A stretch of DNA of 64,000 nucleotides from Callorhinchus milii (GCF_018977255.1 NW_024704742.1:137828001-137892000), one strand, 5' to 3'. Positions 34,603 to 46,184 are shown, numbered from the stretch's first letter. Program-made: numbers and translations. The notes: a model not told the origin generated them from the letters alone.

Positions 34603-36078
34603 GTAAAGCGTGGTCAGGGACTGATCAAGCCGGACCCCCGACCCAGAGACCCCCTCCCCACCCCACGACCCGGCCCCCCCCTAGCCCGGCCCCCTGACCC
34701 GACCTCAGCTGCTTGCACTCTCGCTCCCAGTCGGGAGGTTATAATAATAATAATCTTTGCGTTTGATATAACACCGTGGTGTTAGGATGTCGCAAAGCGC
34801 TTCACTGTAAAGTGTAGTGACTGTGTATTTTGTGGGTGAAACGCTGCAGCCACAGCAGCGACCCACCAACAGCCATGGATTGAGCGGCCAATTTTATCTG
34901 AACAGGGCACAGATGAGAGCTCGGTTGTTGGTCAGGTGGCATTTCAGGGCCTCTTGGTATTGTGAGAGAGGGAGAGAGAGAGAGAGAGAGAGAGAAGGAA
35001 ATAGATCGAGAGGAAGAAAAGGGATTGCTGCAATATGGTGAGAGCGAGGAAGAGTGCAGGAGAAATGCGCACACACACACACACACGCACACGCACGCAC
35101 ACCGAGCGGAGGCAGGGAAAGAAAAAGGAGAAAGAAGGGAATGTGAGAGAGAGCGAGCGAGAGAGAGAGGAGAATATGTGAGAGAGAGAGAGAACATGAG
35201 AGAGAGAAAGAGAGAGAATGTGAGAGAACGAGAGGGAATGAGAGGGAAGAGAGAGGGAGTGGGGAGAGGAAAGAGAGAGAGAGAGAGAGAGGATGGGGCG
35301 GGGGCCGAGGGTACCTGTCCTGTTCAGCCTATTGTTAAACTTTAAGCCTTCGTGTTGTGTGTGACGTTAATCTGTGCTTAACTCTGGGTATTTAGGGCAT
35401 AGTGACCGACAGACTGAGGGACGAGGTGTGTGTGTGTGTGTGTGTTTGGGGGGGTGGGGGGGGGAGTGGGGGGAGAGGTCAGGAGAGCGCGAGTTCGGTG
35501 CGAGTTTTTAAAAAAAATTCCTGAATGTCTCAGAAAAGGGAGTTTCTCTCTCTGTCGCTCTCTCTCTCTCTCTCTCTCTCTCTCGCTCTCTCTCCTGGTT
35601 TCCTGGCCAACAAATAAACAGTTAAATCGGTCACTCACTCCACGACTGTTTTGGACACACTGCTGAGCCAAACTGGCTGCCGTGTTTCTCCCACAAAACA
35701 CACAGTCACTCCACAGTGTATCCTGTGACCTCCAAACCCCACATCAGCCTCTCCGCTCCCTCCGCTCGGTAGCCACCGGCCTGCTGCAAGTCTCCCGCAC
35801 TTCCCGCTCCACCACCTGCGGTCGGGCATTCAGCATCTCTGCCCCCCCCACCCCCCCCACCACCCACCCCACATTCTGGAACTCTATCCCGCAATCCCTC
35901 CGCCTCACCCCCTCTGTTGCCTCCTTCACGTCCCGTCTAAGGGCCTCGCTCTCCGCCGGTGCCTTCGGCCACGCTCGAACCCAGGTCTCTCGCTGCAAGG
36001 CGAGTGCTCTAACCACTGAGCGACATTCTTTTTTTAGCAGCGAGCGGGTAAAATGGAGGCTGTGAGCGGAAGCAGCGT

Positions 36079-37055
36079 CTACGACTGTGTGATTTTCAGG
36101 CCGGGCCCTGTCCTCGCTGAAGCCTTAGCCGCTGGGTTTTCCTTCAGCCGCTCGGAGTCGCAGTTCAGATTACGGTAGCGCGAGGTCCCGGCTGAGGGCC
36201 GGAGGCAGAGGGACGGGAAGGTGAATCCTCCCAGGCAGCAACCAGGGCACGACAGCATGTCGTCCTGTTCGATGCCGGGCGGGGAGCTTTCGGTGTTTTC
36301 CGTGCCCGGGGAACCATCCTCCTCCCCCTGACCGCCATCATCACCATCCTCAGTCTCGCTGTGCTGTGGTTTGCTCACTACCACATGCCCGTCGTCCCTG
36401 GCAACGGCGGCCATCTTGTCGTTAACCAGAGGCTCCCAGGGCTGGTCGTACCTGGCGACGGTGGCCGTCTTGTCGTTGACCAGAAGTGGCCAGGGCTGGT
36501 TGTCCATGGCAATGGTGGGGGCCTCGACCGGGCCGGAGGAGCAGGCAGTGGGCTCGGGCCCCTCCCCCGCTGGGGGCTCAGAGCCGCCCTCCGTCCCCAT
36601 CCAATACCTCGAGGGGAGGGGCGCAGAAAAGTCAAAGTGCACCAAGTTGCGGCGGGAGAGGGCGGGGCTGGAGGGGAGAGAACGGCAGTTCCGCGGCTGG
36701 AAGTTAGGCCTCGGGAACTCACACCTGACATCCATCATGGGCTCGGGGGTCACTGGCAGGTTCATCTGGTAGGAGGCCGGGGCCGGCAAGTCAAAGGTCA
36801 GGGAGATGACCGACTTGCTGGGAGAGTCGTACAACTTAATCTTCCCGCCCTTCAGGTCCTCCCGGCGCGAGAAGGGGTTGATCCTGGTCGGGGCTCGCTG
36901 GAGGGGGGAGAACTGGTCGTCTTCGCTGCCCGCAGCCAGGGGTTTGGGGGAGAACATGTCGGAGTGGCTGCGGGATAACCTGGTCTCACACTGAACCCGG
37001 AGGCTGCACGTCGGCCTTCGGACCTGGCTACGTGCTGTGTCTTTATCGCTCTTAC
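36079..37055 (-). CDS. TESK1: TESK1 last coding exon (C-terminal regulatory tail)
   Basis: RLSRSHSDMF, RINPFSRREDLKGGKIKL, CRSLPSSP, CPGCCLG..RYRNLNC match human TESK1; stop TAG at 36081-36079; the three minus exons total 1206 nt, in frame. Confidence 0.95.
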
Positions 37056-37669
37056 CTGAGGAGGGAGGGAGGGGAGGAGGGGAGGGGAGAAGAGGGAGAT
37101 GCAGAGGAAGGAGAGAGAGAGAGAGAGAACGATAAAGAGGGGGGGGGAGAGGAGAGAAAAAGAGAGGGCAAATGGAAGAGAGGGACAGAATGAGGGAGAG
37201 AGAGGAAAGATTTGAGCTTCAGGTTTATTGGGTTACTGACAGCCACAAAAAATACTTATAAATAAGGGTTTAATGAGTCTATAAGCGGCTCATACCGTTT
37301 CCAGGCAATTATTGTCAAATATATTTGCAGGTAAACGTGGCGCAGAGCCACGAGGTGAGCGAGTAAGTAATCTGGGGGACTGTCGGCCAGACACCAGGAG
37401 AGAGAGAGAGACTCGCTTCTCTTTTCCCGACAGCGCTGTGGGATCGTTAATGTTCGCCGCAACAGAACTCAGACGGGGAGTAAGGTTTAACGTTTCACCC
37501 GAAGGACAGCGTCTCTGACAATGCGTTGCTCTCTCTCTCGGGCTCTCTCTCTCCCCCCCCAGTAAGCCTGGCCTGTGAGCTCAGAGTCCCCCACACGAGG
37601 CGGGGGGAGCTCTTCACTCCGATCGTGCTGCCCTCCTGGTTCCCCCCCCCGTGCTGAGACTCTGGTTAC

Positions 37670-37811
37670 CGTGTGTTGCTGTCAGTCTCTCGGTGCCCGC
37701 TCGATCCCACTTGGGTGTTGCCGTTCCCTCCCCAGGCTCCCGGTGTTGGTCCAGGATGATCTCCAGCCGCTGTGTGATCACCGTGAAGGCCGGACGCCGC
37801 GTTGAGTCCAT
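37670..37811 (-). CDS. TESK1: TESK1 penultimate exon, MDSTRRPAFTVITQRLEIILDQHREP...ATH
   Basis: Minus strand cag|ATG ... G|gtaacc; human LEPSTRAPFTEITQHLEWILEQ; phase fits last exon. Confidence 0.9.
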
Positions 37812-38121
37812 CTGCCCCGGAGACACGGCAGAGAAACCACACAACGAACAACAATAATAATCCTTGCATTTAATATAGCGCCCCATCACATCGTTGAGGC
37901 ATCTCAAAGCGCTTATACTGTAAACTGAGGGCATATTTTGAGGGTGAGGATTTGAGCAGTGTCCCACAAACAGTCGTGGATTGAGTGACTCCCTTTTTTT
38001 TGGAGGGATTATTAGCCCCAGAGAGCGATCCGCCAATGGCATAACACCCGGGTTCCCACTTTGTGCTGGTAACCAGGCGTGTGGCGTAAGGAGTAAGGAA
38101 TCGAACCCGGGTTCTCTTGCT

Positions 38122-38435
38122 TAATAATCCTTGCATTTGATATAGCGCTTTTCACATTGGGAGGACGTCCCAAAGCGCTTCACAGAACACACTGTAAAGT
38201 GAATTGATTGTATATTTGTGGGCGAACGCGGCAGCCAATTGCGCACAGCAATGTCCCACAAACAGTCGTAGATTGAAAATGACCAATTTTTATTGTTTTT
38301 GGTTTTGGAGGGATTATTATTAGGCTCTGTGTGGAGTAAGGAAACTTGCCCAAGGTTTCGCCCTCTGCCTGGAATTGAACTCAGGTCTCTCACTTGCAAA
38401 GCGAGTGCTCTAACCACTGAGCTACAGGACTCCAC
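38122..38435 (-). mobile_element. Young SINE nested in the head of an older SINE (37855-38455), in a TESK1 intron
   Basis: Reverse complement of 44599-44930; host SINE head continues on both sides. Confidence 0.9.
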
Positions 38436-38593
38436 GAGTGTGCGAGTGCGCTAATCTCGCCTCGCAAGTCAGAGAACCCGGGACTTCACACTTATCATTG
38501 CTGTGAGACAGGACCGTTGAGGACAGGCTGAGGCAGGGCGGAGTTGGGGGTCTCAGTGTGGGGCAGGGGGTGGGAGGCCCTGATGTCACTCAC

Positions 38594-38680
38594 ATCACAA
38601 CAGTCCACAGCGAGACACAGGAAGGGAAGCGGGCAGTCTCCCACCAGATTCTGGAACGCAGCAACGTCCAGCCCGAAGTC
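38594..38680 (-). CDS. TESK1: TESK1 exon, DFGLDVAAFQNLVGDCPLPFLCLAVDCCD (end of kinase domain)
   Basis: Minus strand cag|GAC...GAT|gtgag; human DFGLDVPAFRTLVGDDCPLPFLLLAIHCCN. Confidence 0.95.
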
Positions 38681-39539
38681 CTGCCGGGAAAAACAGATAG
38701 AGAATATTAATAATATTAATAATAATAAAGTATTTTTGCTCATGCAAAACTTTTAGGAAGCTGAAATATATCAAGAATAGTAACACCCATTTATATGTCG
38801 CGTGGCAGTGCTATTGGTCTGGCTGTTCACCACTGAAAACCACCAAGAAACTACCTCTGCATCGTGATTTAAACTGAAATAACATAATAATCCTTGCCGT
38901 TTAATAATATTATTAATAATAATACTTGCATTTGATACAGCGTCTTTCACATCAGGAGGATGACCCAAAGTGTTTCACAGCATTTACTGTAAAGTGTATC
39001 GACTGTGTATTTTGTGGGTGAAGTGGGGCAACCAATTTGATTACAGCGACGTCCCCCAAACATCCGTGCAGTGGATGACCGATTTTATCTGGGGGGATTG
39101 TTGGCCAGGACACCGGGAAAGAGAAACTCCTCTTCTCCTTTCCAATTAGTGTCACTGGTCATTGATTTCATGGCTGTTTGCGGGCCGCTGCTGTGTGCAA
39201 ATTGGCTGCCACAAATACCCAGTCACTACACTTTACCGTGCGTCCCGTGAAGCTCTTTGAGCAGTCTCGATGACGTGATATCAAATGCAAGTATTATTAT
39301 GTGTTAAGGGTTGCAGGGGGTGTTGTTTCTATATCAAGGCACGAGGTGGCGCAGTGAGACTGACCTGACATGTCAATGGCTGTGGTTCTGATCGCTGACC
39401 TCTTGTCAGGGGAGGGGGGAAAGGACGGGAACATGAGCCACAATCACCTTAATACTACCCCCTGTCCCCACCGCCCCAGATGGGGACATGGCAAACAACA
39501 TGTTGATGTATTTTGAAAAAGGATTTTTTGGGGTCTGGG

Positions 39540-40595
39540 GAAGCCCATCACCGTGATCCGCCGGGTGTCTGACACACACACACACACACACACACACAAA
39601 CCCATCACCGTGATCAGCGGGTGACGGACACACACACAGACTCATCACCGTCACCAGCCGGGTGTCTGACACACACACACAAACACACACACACCCACAC
39701 ACAAACCCATCACTGTGACCAGCCGGGTGTCTGACACACACACACACACAAACCCATCACCGTGACCAGCCGGGTGTCTGTCACACACACACAAACACAC
39801 ACACACCCACACACAAACCCATCACCATGACCAGCCGGGTGTCTGTCACACACACAAACCATCACCGTGACCAGCCGGGTGTCTGTCACACACGCAAACC
39901 CATCACCGTGACCAGCCGGGTGTCTGACACACACACAAACCCATCACCGTGACCAGCCGGGTGTCTGACACACACACAAACCCATCACCGTGACCAGTGG
40001 GTGTCTGACACACACACAAACCCATCACCGTGACCAGCCGGGTGTCTGACACACACAGACACCCTCACCGTGACCAGCCGAGTGTCTGACCCACACAGAC
40101 ACCCTCACCGTGACCAGCCGGGTGTCTGTCACACACACAAACCCATCACTGTGACCAGCCGGGTGTCTGACACACACACACACCCATCACCGTGACCAGC
40201 CGGGTGTCTGACACACACACACACCCATCACCGTGACCAGCCGGGTGTCTGACACACACACAAACCCATCACCGTGACCAGCCGGGTGTCTGACACACAC
40301 ACACACCCGTCACCGTGACCAGCCGGGTGTCTGACACACACACACACACCCATCACCGTGACCAGCCGGGTGTCTGACACACACACAAACCCATCACCGT
40401 GACCAGCCGGGTGTCTGACACACACAAACCCTCACCGTGACCAGCCGGGTGTCTGACACACCCACAAACCCATCACCGTGACCAGCCGGGTGTCTGACAC
40501 ACACAAGCCCGTCACCGTGACCAGCCGGGTGTCTGACACACACACAAACCAGCCGGTGCTACACACAAAACCGTGACCTGCCGGGTGTCTGACAC
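39540..40595. repeat. Minisatellite, ~40-45-bp unit cccatcaccgtgaccagccgggtgtctga(ca)n aa, roughly 24 copies, running into the N-gap
   Basis: Directly visible. Confidence 0.95.
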
Positions 40596-40620
40596 NNNNN
40601 NNNNNNNNNNNNNNNNNNNN
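40596..40620. other. Assembly gap (25 N); a single N also at 25092
   Basis: Directly visible. Confidence 1.
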
Positions 40621-41179
40621 CATCTACAACAACAATAATAATTACTCAATTAATTAATTATCATACCATTTGATATAGTGTCTTATCATGTAATTAAGAC
40701 ATCTCAAAGCGTTTCACAGGCTGTACTGTGAAGTGTAGTGACTGCGTATTCTGTGAGTGAGCTAATTTTCACACAGCAGTGTCCCACAAACAGCCATGAA
40801 GTGAGTGGCCAATTTGACTGGAGTGTTTGTTATCCAGGATGCTGGGAGAGGGCAATTCCCTTCTCTTTTCATTATGGGATCCTTAACATCCACCTGAACA
40901 GGTATAGATGGGTATCGAACAGTGTCTCTGACTATGTGGGGCTCTCTCTCCCTCTCTCTCCCCAGAGCTGTGCTGGAGCATCAGCCTGGACTGTGAGTCC
41001 CCGACCTGGGGGCTCGAACCCACAACCCGAAAGGCGGGGGCTGAGCCAGTGTGAGACACAGAGCTGTTGCTCTGGGAACACATGAGCCTCTGCCTCAGGA
41101 AGTTGTACAACTGGTCGTTTAGCCACAATCTCTCACAGAGTCAGGATTTCAGCAATGGCTCACAGTAAATAATGGCTCC

Positions 41180-41650
41180 GCAACAACAACAGCAACAAGA
41201 TTACATTTGTACAGCGCCTTTCACGTCGGGAGGAGGTCCCAAGGCGCTGGACAGAGTACAGCATTTCCGACCCGAGCTGGGGTCGGGGGGGAAGGGGTGT
41301 GGCCGATGGCATGGTCGAAGAGGAGGGTCTTGAGACGGCACTTGAAGGAGGCTAAGAAGGGGGTGAAGCGGAGTGACTGGGGGATGGAATTCCAGAGGTT
41401 GGGGCAGAGTGGCTGAAGGCCCTCCCACCAATAGTGGGCGGGTGGGTCGGGGGACGTGGAGCAGCCGGAGCCGCTCAGTGGAGGAAGCGGGCGGGTTGGT
41501 AGGGGGTTTGGAGGTCGCAGAGGTAGGGGGGTGAAGCCATGGAGGGCTTTGTAGGTGAGGACCAGGATCCTGAACTGGATCCTCTGAAGGACAGAGAGCT
41601 AATGGAGTCGGGCGAGAGTGGGGAGATGGGGTTTTGGAGAGGACACAAAC
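41180..41650 (-). mobile_element. L2 LINE 3' fragment
   Basis: L2 tail and RIQFxILVLTYKALHG-type segment. Confidence 0.88.
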
Positions 41651-42181
41651 CACCATCTCCCCATCACGTCTCAGCCACTCTCGCTGCCACTGCCTGGTCA
41701 GGAGGTCCTGGGTCAAACTCCACGCTGGTTAGACTCCGGCAGTTACCCCAACGCACTGCTTCTATACAATCATAGAATTATACAACACAGAAGGAGGCCA
41801 ATCGGCCCATGTGAAGCGCTTTGGGATGACCTCCCAACGTGAAAAGCGCTATATCAAATGCAAGGATTATTATTATTATTATTGGGCAAGTTTCCTTACT
41901 CCACACGCCTGATAGTAATCCCTCAAGAAAAAAAACAATAATGAAATTGTTCACTTCAATCCACGACTGTTTGTGGGACATTGCTGTGCACAATTGGCTG
42001 CCGCGTTCGCCCACAAATATACAGTCAATTCACTTTACAGTATATTCTGTGAAGCGCTTTGAGACTTCGAGAAGATGTGAAAAGCGCTATATCAAATGCA
42101 ATGATTATTATTATTATTCCACCACTCTCTCCCAATAGATCTGCAAACCTGTTCTCCCAATTAATTATCCACTCTACTCTA

Positions 42182-43147
42182 TATGTATCCGGATGTCACC
42201 CAACTCTACCTCTCTGCCCCCACCCTCAACTCCAGGACCACTGCTGTCCTGACAGACTGTCTGTCGGACATCAAGTCCTGGATGAGGGCAAACTTCCTAC
42301 AGTTGAATGTGAACAAGACTGAGGCCCTCCTGATAGGCCCTCAGCACCTCAGGCTCCGGCACCATCACCCTCCATGGTTGCACACTTCAACTCACCAACT
42401 CACCGCCAGTCAGGAACCCGGGTGTCTTGTTCGACACTCAACTGTCTTTCTCCCCCACATTCAAGCCATGACCCGCTCTGCCTTCCCTCACCTCCGTAAC
42501 ATCGCCCGACTCCGCCACTACCTCACCCCTCAGGCACTGAAACTCTTGTTCGTGCCTTCATCACCTCCAGGCTCGACTATGCAAACCCCCTGCGTGTCGG
42601 CCTTCCCAACTCCTCCCTCCACAGGCTGCAGATAATCCAGAACTATGCCGCCCGTGTCCTCTCCCGCACCAAACTCCGTGACCCCATCTCCCCCACTCTC
42701 GCCCGACTCCATTGGCTCCCTATCCTTCAGAGGATCCAGTTCAAGATCCTGGTCCTCATATACAAAGCCCTCCATGGCCTCGCCCCACCCCACCTCTGCG
42801 ACCTCCTAAACCCCTAACAACCCGCCCGTTTCCTCCGCTCAGCGGCTCTGGCTGCTCCACGTCCCCCAACCCACCCACCCGACCATTGCCGGGAGAACCT
42901 TCAGCCACTCTGCCCCCAACCTCTGGAACTCCATCCCCCAATCACTCCGCCTCACCCCCTCCTTAGCCTCCTTCAAGTCCCGCCTCAAGACCTTCCTCTT
43001 CGACCATTCTATCGGCCACCCCCCTTCCCCTCCCTTGTCCCCCCCTGACCCCAGCTCGGGTCGGAAATGCTGTACACTGTCCAGCGCCTTGGGACGTCCT
43101 CCCGACGTGACAGGCTCTATACAAATGTAATCTTGTTGTTGTTGTTG
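42182..43147 (+). mobile_element. L2 LINE 3' ~1 kb
   Basis: YPDVTQLYL, DIKSWMRANFLQLNVNKTE, LRNIARLRHYL; full tail. Confidence 0.92.
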
Positions 43148-44384
43148 TACTCTCTTAAAAATTGTATGTGTGTGGATGGGTGTGTTTGTGTCTCTCTCTC
43201 TTTCAGTCTGTGTGTGTGCCTCTCGGTATATGTGTGTGTGTGTGTCTCCCTCTGGCATTGAATGGTTAATGGTCTAGGCCTCCAGGCACACTCCATTCCT
43301 GCTCCCAACAGCAGAGTGTCGTATTTCACAGAAGCCGTCCTCCGTTACACCACACAGGGGGGGCAGAACCAAAACCAAACACTCACACATGTCACCACAC
43401 ACACAGGCTACACGCAGCCCGGGTCACACACAGCCCAGCACAGCACGGCTCCATCATACACACACCTGCACATCACCACCCAGTGTGCACTGTCTACAGC
43501 TCCATAGTGAGCGTGTTCTCTACTGTGTATGTTTATCTAATTGAGTACATGTCTCTCTCGCTCTCTTCATCTACCCTCAGAATCAAGGCCTCCTCTGTGA
43601 CCGTTTCCTGAGCCAGGAGGGTCTGCAGTATTCCAGGCACTGCTGATCGGCCGGACCTGGAAGGGCAGAGCAAGCACTGTGGGCAGGGAATCCTCCCACG
43701 CAGCTCCTGTAAACCCTGCAGCCAAAGCCCTAACAGGGAGGGTGGTCCTCGCTGGACAAGAGGGAACGTTGGCCAGACAGTGATATCAATGACAAGCTAA
43801 TGTGGTTTTAGTTGGTTAGACTCCAGCAGTTACCCCAACGCACACTCTGGGCTCCCCCCTCAAGCCTTGGCTCTTGCCAACCTGAGCCTAATACTCTCCG
43901 GAATTAGGTAAGCAGGATACGACCCTCCAGGGAGAGGGAGAGAGAGAGAGAGAGAGAGAGAGTGCGTATCCCATTCCAACAATCTTTCTCTGGGATTTCC
44001 AGGTGTAGGTGGGATGCATGGAATTCTCAGTTTGTTTTTTTGCCCATCCGGGTGTCTGACACACGTGGAAACCCATCACCGTTGCTTGAGAGTCTCCAAA
44101 CCAAACCGGGAATTCCCTGCCTCCCACCTACACACGGAAATCCCAGAGATAGATTTGGAGACTCTTAAGGTTGGTGACGGGTTTCCGTCTGGGTCAGATA
44201 CCCGGCTGGGCAAAAAAAATATCCCCATCCGATCTCACGGAACCTGAGCCCAACACAGATAATAGGACATATCGGGATATGTGTGTGGATAAGGAAACAC
44301 GGATCCTCACTGCACGACTAGACTGGTAAATGATCATCTTGAACCTGCTGTAGGTTCAGTGATAACACAAACACGTGAGTGGCT

Positions 44385-44419
<35 letters not shown>

Positions 44420-44598
44420 AAACACACGCGCGCTCCCTCTTCCGAGATAATCCACAGTCCAACGGTACAGGATAATAATAATCAGCTTCTACTCCAGCGT
44501 CAGACATGTCACAGGCTCTCAAAGTGCCTCCTAGTGACCAGCTAGAGAGCGTAGTGACCAAGTTTGTGGGTGAAGGTTGCAGGTAACGTCCCATCACC

Positions 44599-44930
44599 GT
44601 GGAGTCCTGTAGCTCAGTGGTTGAGCACTCGCTTTGCAAGTGAGAGACCTGAGTTCAATTCCAGGCAGAGGGCGAAACCTCGGGCAAGTTTCCTTACTCC
44701 ACACAGAGCCTAATAATAATCCCTCCAAAACAAAAACAATAATAAATTGGTCATTTTCAATCTACGACTGTTTGTGGGACATTGCTGTGCGCAATTGGCT
44801 GCCGCGTTCGCCCACAAATATAGTCAATTCACTTTACAGTGTGTTCTGTGAAGCGCTTTGGGACGTCCTCCCGACGTGAAAAGCGCTATATCAAATGCAA
44901 GGATTATTATTATTATTATTATTATTATCA
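44599..44930 (+). mobile_element. Young tRNA-derived SINE with L2-type tail
   Basis: tRNA-Ala-like head gtagctcagtggttgagc..gagttcaattcc; near-identical copies at 38122-38435 (-), 55907-56229 (+), 63395-63724 (-). Confidence 0.92.
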
Positions 44931-46184
44931 CGGCCGCGAGGAGAACAAGAGATTTGCGGAGTCCACACCAAAGACTCCATATTGATGTATAAATTCTCTT
45001 CGCCCTCGATTTTCTCCTTGCCACCCCCTCCCCCAGCCCCAGCTTCCCAGGAGGGTATTTTACCCCCAAACCCCTCTTTTGGGGTAACGATACACTGTGA
45101 ATATATCTTCCCCCCCCCCCCCCCACCCCAGGCCGGCCATTTTGAATTCCTAGAGCTTGCCTGAACAGCGTTATTATGTGTTTTTTTCCATTTCTTTATA
45201 TGTATATAATATATATAAAAAATGTTTCTAATGGTGGAATGAATATTCTAGCCTGTGCTGTCTTACATGGAGCATCTTGGTCTGTTGGAAAACTCACCTG
45301 GGGATCTCTTAACCTGCGCTCACCATCGTGTAAACTGGGCCACGCGGTGGTACATGGTGGTGGGTGGTGAGGAATCATGGTTCTCTGTGGCTCAGGAGGG
45401 TACATTGAGGTTGCATAAATTACACAAGGGGCATCATTCCTGATTGTTGATTCTTATTGGTGTGTTGCGGTTGTGGTGGGCATCAATTTTGTTGGACACT
45501 GTCCTGAGAAGGGGAGAAGGGCACTTTGATCGTTCTTGTCTCTCTTCACGACCAGTGAGGTCCCAGGTTAAGCTTGTTATGTATAAGACCGGTGTACACA
45601 GCTAAGCTCCCTGGAGGCAGAGTTGGCTTCACATGGGCACGGCTATTTGCCAAGGCCTCTCACATAAGGACCTGGATTAAGCAGCTAGTACTGAGTGAGC
45701 CTGGTACATAACATTGGGCTTGGACCTTGAGAACATCAAGGAGGCTGGCACATCACAACCTGTCCTGTAAAGGTCCTCCCACCACCCTGAAGGCAAATGT
45801 CCATCAATTACTGGTTGGAATTTCCAAGGAACTAGGTTGGTTAAGCCACAACTGGATCATGGTGATCGCTTCTGGGCTCCTCACCAGGACAGATGTTAAG
45901 GCCTTAGAGAGGGTAAAGAGGAGGTTTATGAGAATGCTAAGGAGTCCCGTAATGTCGTGGATAGAGCACTCACCTTGCAAGCCAGAGGTCCCACAATTCC
46001 AGGGATGAGTGAAAATTTGGCAAGTTTCCTTACTCCACAAGCCTCTATTTTCCTAGCAGTAAATAGGAACTCATGTTTTAATTATTTGGCGGATCGCTTT
46101 CCGGGGATAATAATCCCTCAAAAAAAAATAATTTGGTTACTCAATCCACGACTGTTTGTGCGACTTTATCACGTCTTTGAGACA

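Noticed and set aside
36361..36994. Plus-strand ORFs of 205 and 133 aa as the continuation of TESK1 exon 1
   Set aside because: Antisense shadows of the GC-rich TESK1 last exon; no kinase similarity.
39540..40595. CRISPR-like look of constant repeats with variable spacers
   Set aside because: Spacers are only (CA)n length variants; eukaryotic context; no cas genes.
44599..44675. tRNA-Ala-like gene (and similar heads elsewhere)
   Set aside because: No proper acceptor stem; runs directly into a SINE body and tail; many dispersed copies.
45240..45900. Possible missing TESK1 exons or another gene
   Set aside because: No kinase motifs found; stops in the frames read; probably old element debris leading into a CR1 fragment.
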